In this document: positions 8,956-17,557 of the stretch, in pieces | How positions within the stretch are numbered: the stretch's first letter is position 1 | How the letters are laid out: the number at the start of each line of letters is the position of its first letter | NCBI GenBank assembly: GCA_048939625.1 | Contig: JBHLPH010000022.1 | Location: forward strand, 1-29,184 | Source of the DNA: Promethearchaeota archaeon | GTDB taxonomy: Archaea; Asgardarchaeota; Hermodarchaeia; Hermodarchaeales; Hermodarchaeaceae | Reading direction: 5' to 3' | DNA length: 29,184 nucleotides | Program-made: the position numbers and the translations under genes | Notes under the pieces: generated by a model | Database searches by the model: none | Seen by the model: the letters and a program-made list of their open reading frames with translations, nothing else | Told to the model about the DNA's origin: nothing

Positions 8956-10031
8956 ATGAAATCGAGTATAGCATGGGTCCTCAACATGCAGGTACAGGCC
9001 ATATGCGGCTGAAGATCCATCTATCTGGTGACCATGTAATCCAAGCACTTCCAGATCCGGGTTATGTGCATCGGGGAGCAGAAAAGCTCTGTGAGACAAA
9101 AGAATTCCTTTGGAATATTCCCCTTCTTGAACGCGTATGTCTCCCGGATACTACATCTGCTGCATGGGGATACGTCCTCGCACTTGAGCGGCTATTGGGG
9201 GTAGAACCCACTGAGTCTGCTCGGTATATGCGTGCTTTATTCGCAGAGATGAATCGGATTGTGAGCCACCTATATTGGCTTGCAATCTTTGGTATTTTTC
9301 TTGGTCACTCAACGATGTTCATGTGGCCCTTCGCTGATCGGGAACCCTTCATTGAGCTTGCTGAAGCAATCTCCGGGGCTCGATTGACATACACTGATAT
9401 ATACCCAACTGGCGTGCGTCATGGGCTCCCGGATAATTTTGTGCCACGAATGATGAAGGTAACCAAAAATTTCCGTAGTCGTCTCGTCGATTATGAGCGG
9501 ATCTTCTTCACGACCGACATTTTCAAACAGCGAACCAAAGAGGTTGGAGTTCTCACAAAAGAGGAGGCTATTCGATTGGGAACCACAGGACCCGTTCTCA
9601 GAGGATCTGGTGTGAATTACGACCTTCGGAAAATTGATCCTTATGGACCCTATTCTAAATTAGATTTCAAAACTGCTGTTATGGATGGGGGGGATAGCTA
9701 CTCCAGAGCAATGGTTCGGTTAGAGGAAATGCGGACAAGCACCTCATTGATTGAGCAAATATTGGAGAAAATGCCTTCAGGAGAGGTCGGGTTAAGAACG
9801 CCGAAGAAAGTTCCTGCTGGCACCGCTTATACACGAGTAGAATCTGCCCGAGGCGAATTAGGGTACCTTGTTGTAAGCAATGGTGAAAAACAGCCAAGTC
9901 GCGTAAAAATTAGCACTCCGTGCTTCCGTCACCTCCCAGCTCTTGAATTCTTGCTTAAAGACATTGATCTGGCAGACGTTCCAACCATTTACTGGAGTCT
10001 TGATTACTGGCCACCAAATGCGGATAGGTAG
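8952..10031 (+). CDS. nuoD: Complex I-like subunit D (no NiFe site)
   Basis: GPQH, GYVHRGAEK, GPVLRGSG.YDLRK, ESARGE, ends SLDYWPPNADR; lacks both complete CxxC NiFe motifs. Confidence 0.93.
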   Translation: MNEIEYSMGPQHAGTGHMRLKIHLSGDHVIQALPDPGYVHRGAEKLCETKEFLWNIPLLERVCLPDTTSAAWGYVLALERLLGVEPTESARYMRALFAEMNRIVSHLYWLAIFGIFLGHSTMFMWPFADREPFIELAEAISGARLTYTDIYPTGVRHGLPDNFVPRMMKVTKNFRSRLVDYERIFFTTDIFKQRTKEVGVLTKEEAIRLGTTGPVLRGSGVNYDLRKIDPYGPYSKLDFKTAVMDGGDSYSRAMVRLEEMRTSTSLIEQILEKMPSGEVGLRTPKKVPAGTAYTRVESARGELGYLVVSNGEKQPSRVKISTPCFRHLPALEFLLKDIDLADVPTIYWSLDYWPPNADR

Positions 10032-10037
10032 TGCGTA

Positions 10038-11087
10038 ATGATGCAAGTTTTTGAAACGATTAATATGTTCATTCTGCAGATAATTGTTTTTCTTCAAGTG
10101 AATTTCACAACCATTTTTCTTATAACCGTCTTCCCCGGTTTTCTCACTATTGTTCTCGCCGCAGCAGCAATAATCTGGTTTGAACGCAAATTTCTGGCAA
10201 AAATGCAATTACGCGTAGGACCTCAATATGCAGGACGGATTGGTGGTATATTCCAACCCATCGCCGATTTTTTGAAACTCATCTTCAAAGAAGGAATAAT
10301 TCCTAAACGTGCAGATAGCTTCTTCTATCAATTGGCACCATTACTCATTGTTACCCTTGCAGCTGTTACTGCAACTGTTATTCCCGTAGGGCCCAATGCA
10401 GTGATAGCTAATCTTCAATTTGGGCTGCTATTTATTTTCGCAATTGGAGCGATTTTCCCAGTTCTAGCCTTCTTGACTGCTTGGGCGAGTAATAGTGTTT
10501 ATCCGTTTCTAGGAGGTTTACGTGCCCTTCTCCAAATGATCGCCTATGAGGTGCCCTTGTGGCTATCGGCTTTAGGAGTAGTTATTCTAGCAGGCTCTTT
10601 CAACCTCGTTGAGATTGTCTTGGCACAAAATTGGCTTTGGTTTGCAATTCTCATGCCTCTTGGTGCCATAATCTTTTTCATAGCGCTCCTAGTTGAAATT
10701 GAGCGTCTCCCCTTTGACTTGCCTGAAGCAGAACCAGAGATTGTGACAGGTTATATGAGCGAATATTCGGGGATGAACTTTGGCCTTATGATGATGTCAC
10801 AATACCTCAAGTTATACCTGGGGGCACTACTTTTCACAACTCTCTTCTTAGGGGGATGGTTAATGCCTCCGTTCATCACGAACATGTTTCCATTTATTCC
10901 GCCATTTGTATGGACCTTACTCAAAACGGCTTTTGTCGTTGTTCTCTTCCTCATTCCACGAGGAATCTATCCACGCGTGAAAATCTCGTTACTCCTTCGT
11001 TTGGGATGGAACCGTTTGTTCCTTCTTGCGATTGTGAACCTCTTCCTTGTTGTCGGAATAATGATTTTCTTCGGAGGGATTCCCTAA
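10038..11087 (+). CDS. nuoH: Complex I-like subunit H
   Basis: ERKFLAKMQLRVGP, QPIADFLKL, QMIAYEVP, RLPFDLPEAE.E..GY.SEYSG. Confidence 0.96.
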   Translation: MMQVFETINMFILQIIVFLQVNFTTIFLITVFPGFLTIVLAAAAIIWFERKFLAKMQLRVGPQYAGRIGGIFQPIADFLKLIFKEGIIPKRADSFFYQLAPLLIVTLAAVTATVIPVGPNAVIANLQFGLLFIFAIGAIFPVLAFLTAWASNSVYPFLGGLRALLQMIAYEVPLWLSALGVVILAGSFNLVEIVLAQNWLWFAILMPLGAIIFFIALLVEIERLPFDLPEAEPEIVTGYMSEYSGMNFGLMMMSQYLKLYLGALLFTTLFLGGWLMPPFITNMFPFIPPFVWTLLKTAFVVVLFLIPRGIYPRVKISLLLRLGWNRLFLLAIVNLFLVVGIMIFFGGIP

Positions 11088-11515
11088 TGCCAATTAGAGC
11101 GTCATGGGCGGGACTCAAACAACTCTTCAAGCGTCGTGTCACAATCAAATATCCAAGTAAAGAATTAGAACTGCCAAAGAGTGAAAGGGCGCGGCATGTC
11201 TTCTATTTCAATCGGTGTATTAGTTGTTCTTTATGTGCACGGAGTTGCCCAACAGCAGCTATTACTATGATTGATTATCCAGGAGAGGGAAAACCGAAAA
11301 AACACCCACAAATTGATTATGGTCGTTGCATATTTTGTGGATATTGTGTTGATGTCTGCCCAAAGCATGCCTTAGTTCATTCTCGCTATTTTCACCTCGC
11401 AGCTCGCGAAACGGACCCATTGATCTATAGCCCAGATCAACTCGCTGAGATTCCTGAAGGAGAAAAGCATCTCCTCCCCTCTGAAGAAGAATTGAAGAAG
11501 GAGGAAGAACCATGA
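11087..11515 (+). CDS. nuoI: Complex I-like subunit I (2x[4Fe-4S])
   Basis: CISCSLCARSCP and CIFCGYCVDVCP; true start ATG 11087 (TAATG overlap with the nuoH stop), not 10856. Confidence 0.94.
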   Translation: MPIRASWAGLKQLFKRRVTIKYPSKELELPKSERARHVFYFNRCISCSLCARSCPTAAITMIDYPGEGKPKKHPQIDYGRCIFCGYCVDVCPKHALVHSRYFHLAARETDPLIYSPDQLAEIPEGEKHLLPSEEELKKEEEP

Positions 11516-12030
11516 TTGATCCATTCTTCTTACCAGATCTTGGATTGCTTATAATTGGAGTGCTAACAGTCGGTGCAGCGATTGCAGCTATCGAATCTAG
11601 AGAAATCGTGTATGGAGCCATTTCATTAGCAGGTATGATCCTAGGGATTGCGGGACTTTACATCTTATTGGATGCAACTTATGCCGCAATGTTTCAAATC
11701 TCTGTGTATATAGGCGCAGTGGTAGTTCTCATTTTCTTCACTATCATGGTCGTCCCGTATGAACATTGGAAGCACCGACTCAAACGACCGTGGCGTGAAT
11801 GGCTGATTCCACTGGTTATCAATAGTTTTCTTCTCGGTGTGCTTCTCTATATTTTTTACACACCTGCCATTGTCTCAGCGTCTCCTGATCCGGCTTTCAG
11901 TTGGAATCTGACAGAACTGGCATTAGTCCTTCTACAGGATTATGGTGTGGTTCTACTAGTTCTCGGACTCGTACTCGTCTCAGCACTCCTAGGAGCGCTA
12001 ACTCTAACCAAAAAGGAGGGCGAATCCTAA
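11512..12030 (+). CDS. nuoJ: Complex I-like subunit J
   Basis: 5 TM; AMFQISVYIGAVVVLIFFTIM motif. Confidence 0.93.
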   Translation: MIDPFFLPDLGLLIIGVLTVGAAIAAIESREIVYGAISLAGMILGIAGLYILLDATYAAMFQISVYIGAVVVLIFFTIMVVPYEHWKHRLKRPWREWLIPLVINSFLLGVLLYIFYTPAIVSASPDPAFSWNLTELALVLLQDYGVVLLVLGLVLVSALLGALTLTKKEGES

Positions 12031-12350
12031 TGGCATCCCTTTACATATATCTGATTATCGTCGCTGCTCTCGCTGTTATTGGGCTCTATGGACTGACAAG
12101 TAAACGGAACGTTATGCGGTTATTCTTCAGTATTGAAATTCTCATGAATGGGGCGAACTTGAGTATTGTTGTATTTGCTCGATACGTCCTCTGGGGAACC
12201 GCAGCACTCGCAATTAATGGGCAAGCCATTGTACTTTTTGCAATTGCCCTTGAGGCTGCTGAAGCTGTCATGGCGCTTGCGATTATTCTACTAGTTTCAC
12301 GTGTGCGTGGTTCAGTTGACATCCATGAACTACATGACTTGGAGGGCTAA
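12030..12350 (+). CDS. nuoK: Complex I-like subunit K
   Basis: IGLYG...RN..RLFFSIEILMNGANL, AAEAV; start ATG 12030 overlapping the nuoJ stop. Confidence 0.93.
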   Translation: MASLYIYLIIVAALAVIGLYGLTSKRNVMRLFFSIEILMNGANLSIVVFARYVLWGTAALAINGQAIVLFAIALEAAEAVMALAIILLVSRVRGSVDIHELHDLEG

Positions 12351-12355
12351 CACCG

Positions 12356-13888
12356 ATGCAGACAATATTCGACTCGATCATATTATTCCTGCAAACGTAC
12401 CCACTAACCCTTGGTGTATTCCTTCCAATTCTCTTTGCTGGGTTAATCCTCTTCTTCGCCCGTTACAGAGAGCGTCTAGCAGTCTGGTTAGGTGTTCTGG
12501 CGATTTTCCTTTCTACTGCCCTGGTTTTTTTCCGAGGCTTTGATTTATTTCCATTCTCAGCTACCTCACCCGCTATTGTTACTGAGACATTTCTCTGGAT
12601 TCCTACGCTTAATGTCACTCTCAGTTTCATGCTTGATGGTCTCAATTTCCCCATCGTTCTTATCACAGCTATTGTAACCACGCTTATACTTCTTTTTAGT
12701 AGACATTTCTTTGAAGGTGAGAAGAATAGTGGAACCTACATCGCAACCATCATCATGATGTATATCGGAATGCTTGGTGTATTTGTTGCAGCAGATATTT
12801 TCTTATTCTATCTTTTTTGGGAAATCACAATAATCCCAGCATATGCATTGGTCATCTATTGGCGAGAAGCAGGAGTCTCTAAGGAAGAGGCTCGAAGGAC
12901 CGGTTTGAAGTTCTTCCTTTGGACCCATGTCGGGTCGCTTGTCATGCTCATGGGCTTAATCCTCGTTTTCATCCTAACTGGTACAACAAATATGGTCGAT
13001 ATCCCTATAGCGCTAACAACTGTGCCAATAACAAGCATCCACATAATGCAATTTGCGGCAGCAGCACTGATTTTTGGATTCATCGTCAAACTCGGTATCT
13101 TCCCCGTCCATAGCTGGCTCCCAGATACTTACGTTCAAGTGTCCTCACCTGCTACAGCCTTGTTTGGTGGACTTCTTGCTAACATTGGAGCTTATGGTTT
13201 AATTCGTATTGCCGCAAGTTGGTTTCCATTCATTTTGGCCACTTGGTCACTTCCGCTAGGATTGATAGCTGTAGTCTCAATCATCTATGGTGGCTATATC
13301 GCGTTAGGTCAAGGAGAGTTCAAACGACGATGGGCATATTCCAGTGTGAGTCAAGGCGGATACATTCTCCTTGGAGTCGCCTCAGTGACCTCCCTTGGAT
13401 TAGCTGGTGCAGCCTTTCATGTAATCAATTCCGCAATCATTAAATCGGGACTATTTCTCACCGCTGGCGCTTATCTCATGGTTCTAAAAACTACTGACAT
13501 TGAGTCCCTTCGAGGTATGGGCACAAAGATACCAATAACTGGTATTGCCTTCCTTCTTGCGGCCTTGGCAATGGCAGGAATTCCTCCCCTAAGTGGATTC
13601 ATTAGCGAAGTCCTCATCTTCTTGGGGATTTTCACTATTTCAAGTGCCCTTATTATAGCACTAATTGGTGCAGCCGCGATTCTGGTGACTTTTGTATACG
13701 TGCTGGGTCCCATCTACAAACTTTTCGTGGCACCGCCCAAAACCGAACAACCTCAATTCAAAGATCCAAGCATATGGCAAACGATTCCAATCATCCTCTT
13801 GACAATCTTTGTGTTCATTCTCGGGATTTGGCCTAATCTGGTGTTGACACCAATTGAACATTGGCTACAGAGTATAGGAGGACTCTAA
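12356..13888 (+). CDS. Extra antiporter-like subunit M' (NuoM/MrpD-like)
   Basis: 510 aa; FWE (TM5 Glu), VKLGIFPVHSWLPD (TM7 Lys), AYSSVSQ, FH...IKSGLF, PPLSGFISE (TM12 Glu). Confidence 0.9.
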   Translation: MQTIFDSIILFLQTYPLTLGVFLPILFAGLILFFARYRERLAVWLGVLAIFLSTALVFFRGFDLFPFSATSPAIVTETFLWIPTLNVTLSFMLDGLNFPIVLITAIVTTLILLFSRHFFEGEKNSGTYIATIIMMYIGMLGVFVAADIFLFYLFWEITIIPAYALVIYWREAGVSKEEARRTGLKFFLWTHVGSLVMLMGLILVFILTGTTNMVDIPIALTTVPITSIHIMQFAAAALIFGFIVKLGIFPVHSWLPDTYVQVSSPATALFGGLLANIGAYGLIRIAASWFPFILATWSLPLGLIAVVSIIYGGYIALGQGEFKRRWAYSSVSQGGYILLGVASVTSLGLAGAAFHVINSAIIKSGLFLTAGAYLMVLKTTDIESLRGMGTKIPITGIAFLLAALAMAGIPPLSGFISEVLIFLGIFTISSALIIALIGAAAILVTFVYVLGPIYKLFVAPPKTEQPQFKDPSIWQTIPIILLTIFVFILGIWPNLVLTPIEHWLQSIGGL

Positions 13889-13898
13889 CAATGCTTCC
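13874..13898 (+). repeat. Imperfect direct repeat, copy 1 (M'/M'' junction)
   Basis: ATAGGAGGACTCTAACAATGCTTCC. Confidence 0.7.
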
Positions 13899-15516
13899 TG
13901 GAATTGCCCTTCCATTCCCATTCTTACTTCTATCCCTTCTCATTCCAGTTATCGCAGGGATTATTATCTTACTCTCCCTTTTAGTAGGAAAACCCCTTGG
14001 ACGAAAAGGTTCCGGAATCATTGCCTCGATTGCCCTGGCAATTTCATTCATCACTCTTCTTTATGTTCTTAGTATTGTACTCACTTTGGGACAACCAGTC
14101 TACGAAGAACATTATTGGTTCTCAATAGGAACAGTGATCGTCGAATTTTCACTCCTCGCAGATTTCCTAAGTCTTCCCCTTTCATTGGCGATTGTTGGAT
14201 TGTGTACTGCATCAGCAGTATACAGCATCGAATACATCAAAGACAAACACGATTTTGCCATGTACTATGTTCTGTTACTCCTCTTTGCAGTCGGCATGTT
14301 AGGAGTGACCTTGGCAACGAACCTTCTCGTATTTTTCATCTTCTTTGAAGGCATGAACATTCCCGCATACTTCCTTGTCTCTAACTGGGGTACGAAGAAA
14401 GCAAAAATCATTGGTGTGAAATATATCCTCTATGTTTTTATCGGTGCTATTTGTATTCTTGCTGCAATTTTTTGGGTCTTCGGTATCACTAGCGCTTTGG
14501 GTACTCCGACACTAAATATCTATGAGATCCCTGCATTACTTAGTCCTCTTGCTTCAACGAGCCTACTTATCATGCAAAGCCTTGCCCTCCTTTTTTCCAT
14601 CGGATTCTTTGTGAAAATGGCAATATTTCCCCTTCATTCTTGGCTCCCTGATTTTCATGGAGAAGCCCCCGTGCCCATTCATGCTTTATTGAGCGCTGTT
14701 ATGATTAAAACAGGTGCTTATGGCTTCATCCGTATTACCTACTTCTTCTTCCCGCTTGTCGTATTACAAGCCTCAATTCTCCTAGCCGTTCTTGCTATTA
14801 TCACGATGATTTGGGGAGCAGGTATGGCCTTGGTTCAAACGGATTACAAACGTGTACTCGCCTATAGCTCAGTCAATCAGATCGGTTACATCCTTCTAGG
14901 CTTTAGTACAATGAACATTTTCGGAATCACGGGAGCCCTCTTTCATATCCTGACTCATGGCCTGTCGAAAGGCGTCTTACTCTATACTGCAGGCTCCGTC
15001 GTCCATTCTGCAGGAACAAAACTCATCAACAAGATGGGAGGTTTAGCTTCGAAGATGCCTCTGACAGCAACTTTGAGCACCATAGGCGCATTAGCTATCG
15101 CAGGAACACCACCACTTGCCACATTTGTCAGTGAGGCCCTAATCTTCATCGGTGTCTTCACTGTAGGTGTCAACTATCCGATATTTACTGTCATAGGGGT
15201 AATTGGCATCATTTCCACAGCGCTTACTGCAGCATATTATTTGTGGACTGTGCGTCGGATGTTCCTCGGTCCGCCATCCACGGAAATGGGCAAAACATAC
15301 GAAGAATATCTCGCTGGCAGATACATTTCACCAGAGGGTATTCCACGTCGATTCGAGGATGTCCACGAATCACCGCCTTTGATGACCATTCCGATGTTGA
15401 TTGTCGCGTTACTCATAATTCTCCTTGGTGTGTTTGCAGGCTTTATTCTCCCAATCATTTACCCTGCAGCTGAATCGGTCATTGCAATTCTAATAGCTGC
15501 AATAGGAGGACTCTGA
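13891..15516 (+). CDS. Extra antiporter-like subunit M'' (NuoM/MrpD/HyfB-like)
   Basis: FFE, VKMAIFPLHSWLPDFH, HALLSAVMIKTGAYG, FHILTHGLSKG, FVSE; start ATG 13891 after GGAGG. Confidence 0.9.
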   Translation: MLPGIALPFPFLLLSLLIPVIAGIIILLSLLVGKPLGRKGSGIIASIALAISFITLLYVLSIVLTLGQPVYEEHYWFSIGTVIVEFSLLADFLSLPLSLAIVGLCTASAVYSIEYIKDKHDFAMYYVLLLLFAVGMLGVTLATNLLVFFIFFEGMNIPAYFLVSNWGTKKAKIIGVKYILYVFIGAICILAAIFWVFGITSALGTPTLNIYEIPALLSPLASTSLLIMQSLALLFSIGFFVKMAIFPLHSWLPDFHGEAPVPIHALLSAVMIKTGAYGFIRITYFFFPLVVLQASILLAVLAIITMIWGAGMALVQTDYKRVLAYSSVNQIGYILLGFSTMNIFGITGALFHILTHGLSKGVLLYTAGSVVHSAGTKLINKMGGLASKMPLTATLSTIGALAIAGTPPLATFVSEALIFIGVFTVGVNYPIFTVIGVIGIISTALTAAYYLWTVRRMFLGPPSTEMGKTYEEYLAGRYISPEGIPRRFEDVHESPPLMTIPMLIVALLIILLGVFAGFILPIIYPAAESVIAILIAAIGGL

Positions 15517-15525
15517 AATGCTTCC
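15502..15525 (+). repeat. Imperfect direct repeat, copy 2 (M''/nuoL junction)
   Basis: ATAGGAGGACTCTGAAATGCTTCC. Confidence 0.7.
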
Positions 15526-17551
15526 ATATGCACAATGGCTCACTTGGATCCTCCCACTACTGGGTGCGGTTCTTATTGCTCTGATTGGATGGTTCGACAA
15601 ACGGATTCCTAAGTACATTGCAGTTATAATCGGTGCAATTGCGGGTGTATTCGCTAGTTCCATGATTCCAGATATTCTAGCCCTACCCTCCTTGGGATTA
15701 CCACATATTGAGTTCAACATACCGTGGGTTGTTCTTCCAGGAGTTACAATTTATGTTGGCGTTCTCCTAGACCCACTCAGCGTCTTTATGGCGAACATTG
15801 CCGTCTTAATCGGCTTCTTAATCGTTGTTTATTCTATGAGCTATATGGGAGAAGATAAAAGCCAAACCCGATATTATGCTCTGATTTTACTTTTCATAGG
15901 CGCTATGGCAGGATTAGTTCTTGCCAACAACTTTCTCCAGCTATTCATCTTCTGGGAAGTTGTAGGCGTCTGCTCTTATGCCTTAATTGGGTTCTGGTAT
16001 GAGAAACCCGAAGCCGCAAGAGCAGGAATGAAAGCCTTCGTTGTCACCCGGGTAGGGGATGTGTTTCTCCTAGTTGGAATCATCTTTCTCTTTACACAAG
16101 TAGGATCATTCAATTACATCGTTATTCAGGACGCTGTGGAACTTGGATTGATTAGCCTATCTGCGCTTACTATGATCTCACTCTTCACCTTTGGAGGTGC
16201 CATGGGTAAATCAGCTCAGGTTCCCTTCCACGTCTGGCTTCCAGATGCAATGCAAGGCCCAACACCTGTTAGTGCTCTCATCCACGCGGCAACAATGGTG
16301 AAGGCAGGAATTTACCTTGTTGGTCGAACCTTCTTCCTCTTTGGATCTGTGACCCTCTGGCTAAACACGGTCATAATAATTGGCTCAATCACCGCTATAT
16401 TGGCAGCCACTATTGCCTTAGTTTCAACAGATCTCAAGGGCGTTCTCGCGTATTCGACCATAAGTCAACTTGGCCTCATTATGGCGGCTCTAGGAGTTGG
16501 TACAACTCTGGGTTGGTTTGCAGGGCAAGCACATGTAATGAGCCACGCCATCTTCAAAGCTCTGCTTTTCCTTTGTGCTGGTTCAATTCTACATGCAGTA
16601 ATGACCATTGACATTAACCAGATGGGTGGTCTTCGTCAGAAAATGCCAATTACTTTTGCAGCCAGTATAATTGGTGTTCTAGCGCTAGCGGGTATTTTCC
16701 CATTTAATGGATTCTGGAGTAAGGACCTCATTTTTGCAGCAACATTGCACTCAGGTGCACTCATATCTCTAACCCTTCTTTGGGCTGCTTCCGTGCTCAC
16801 GGTTGCTTATAGTTTTCGCTGGATCATCTTGATTTTCATGGGTAAACCACGTAATGAAGAAATTGCTACTCACGCCCATGAAAGTCCTAAATTGCTTACC
16901 GTTCCACTCATGATCTTAGCTATTGGAGTCATCCTCTCTGCCTTTCTAATTCCCACAGGATTACTTGCCACATACTTCGATGCCCATATCCATTTCGAAA
17001 TTGAACTAATTCCGCTCTTACTTTCTCTGTCCACCCTTGTAATCGGCGGTATTCCTGCGATTCTCATCTATAAATACCGAAAACCCGCGCCGGAATTCTT
17101 CAGTCAGAATCGCATCACTCGTGCAATTCAAACCGTATTAAGTAATGGCTACTATTTCGATAAGATTTATGACTGGATATTTGTACGCGGTATTCTTCGT
17201 ATCTTCAACTTCATTCTTTCACGGATTGAACTTGGAACTCTCGACCGATTCCACTACGTCTTTGCGCCTAAGGTTGAAGCGGGAAGTAGAATCTTGGATC
17301 GGGTGGTCGAATCAAGAGGAGTTGAGGGTGTAAATTACAAGTTTGCACGATTTATGGTGAAAACCTCGAACGCCAGCAACTACGTTGATGCCAACATAGT
17401 TGACGGAGCAGTAAATGGCATCGCCAAAGTAGGAGAAAAGGCTTCTAGAAGCTTACGTAGAGTGCAAACAGGCATTACCATGAATTATGTCCTGGCCTTT
17501 GTTATTGGTATAATTCTATTGATCCTCTTTCTTGTGCTATTGGGTTGGTGA
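15518..17551 (+). CDS. nuoL: Complex I-like subunit L with extended lateral helix
   Basis: 677 aa; FWEVVG, KAFVVTRVGD, GKSAQVPFHVWLPDAM.GPTPVSALIHAATMV, HAIFKALLF, WSKD; YYFD...QTG segment is 108 aa. Confidence 0.96.
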   Translation: MLPYAQWLTWILPLLGAVLIALIGWFDKRIPKYIAVIIGAIAGVFASSMIPDILALPSLGLPHIEFNIPWVVLPGVTIYVGVLLDPLSVFMANIAVLIGFLIVVYSMSYMGEDKSQTRYYALILLFIGAMAGLVLANNFLQLFIFWEVVGVCSYALIGFWYEKPEAARAGMKAFVVTRVGDVFLLVGIIFLFTQVGSFNYIVIQDAVELGLISLSALTMISLFTFGGAMGKSAQVPFHVWLPDAMQGPTPVSALIHAATMVKAGIYLVGRTFFLFGSVTLWLNTVIIIGSITAILAATIALVSTDLKGVLAYSTISQLGLIMAALGVGTTLGWFAGQAHVMSHAIFKALLFLCAGSILHAVMTIDINQMGGLRQKMPITFAASIIGVLALAGIFPFNGFWSKDLIFAATLHSGALISLTLLWAASVLTVAYSFRWIILIFMGKPRNEEIATHAHESPKLLTVPLMILAIGVILSAFLIPTGLLATYFDAHIHFEIELIPLLLSLSTLVIGGIPAILIYKYRKPAPEFFSQNRITRAIQTVLSNGYYFDKIYDWIFVRGILRIFNFILSRIELGTLDRFHYVFAPKVEAGSRILDRVVESRGVEGVNYKFARFMVKTSNASNYVDANIVDGAVNGIAKVGEKASRSLRRVQTGITMNYVLAFVIGIILLILFLVLLGW

Positions 17552-17557
17552 GTCAAA

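Noticed and set aside
7661-10031. Group 4 [NiFe]-hydrogenase interpretation (extra antiporters resemble Hyf/Mbh)
   Set aside because: The large subunit has neither a complete RxCxxC nor a DPCxxC motif, and nuoA/J/K are present
7532-13890. Long N-terminal extensions in the ORF track for nuoB (7532), nuoI (10856), nuoK (11901) and M'' (13861)
   Set aside because: They overlap upstream genes out of frame; downstream ATGs show stop/start coupling and match expected subunit sizes
12356-15516. M'/M'' as pseudogenes or an assembly duplication of nuoM
   Set aside because: Both are full-length, have RBSs and differ strongly from each other and from nuoM; the extended NuoL helix independently predicts them
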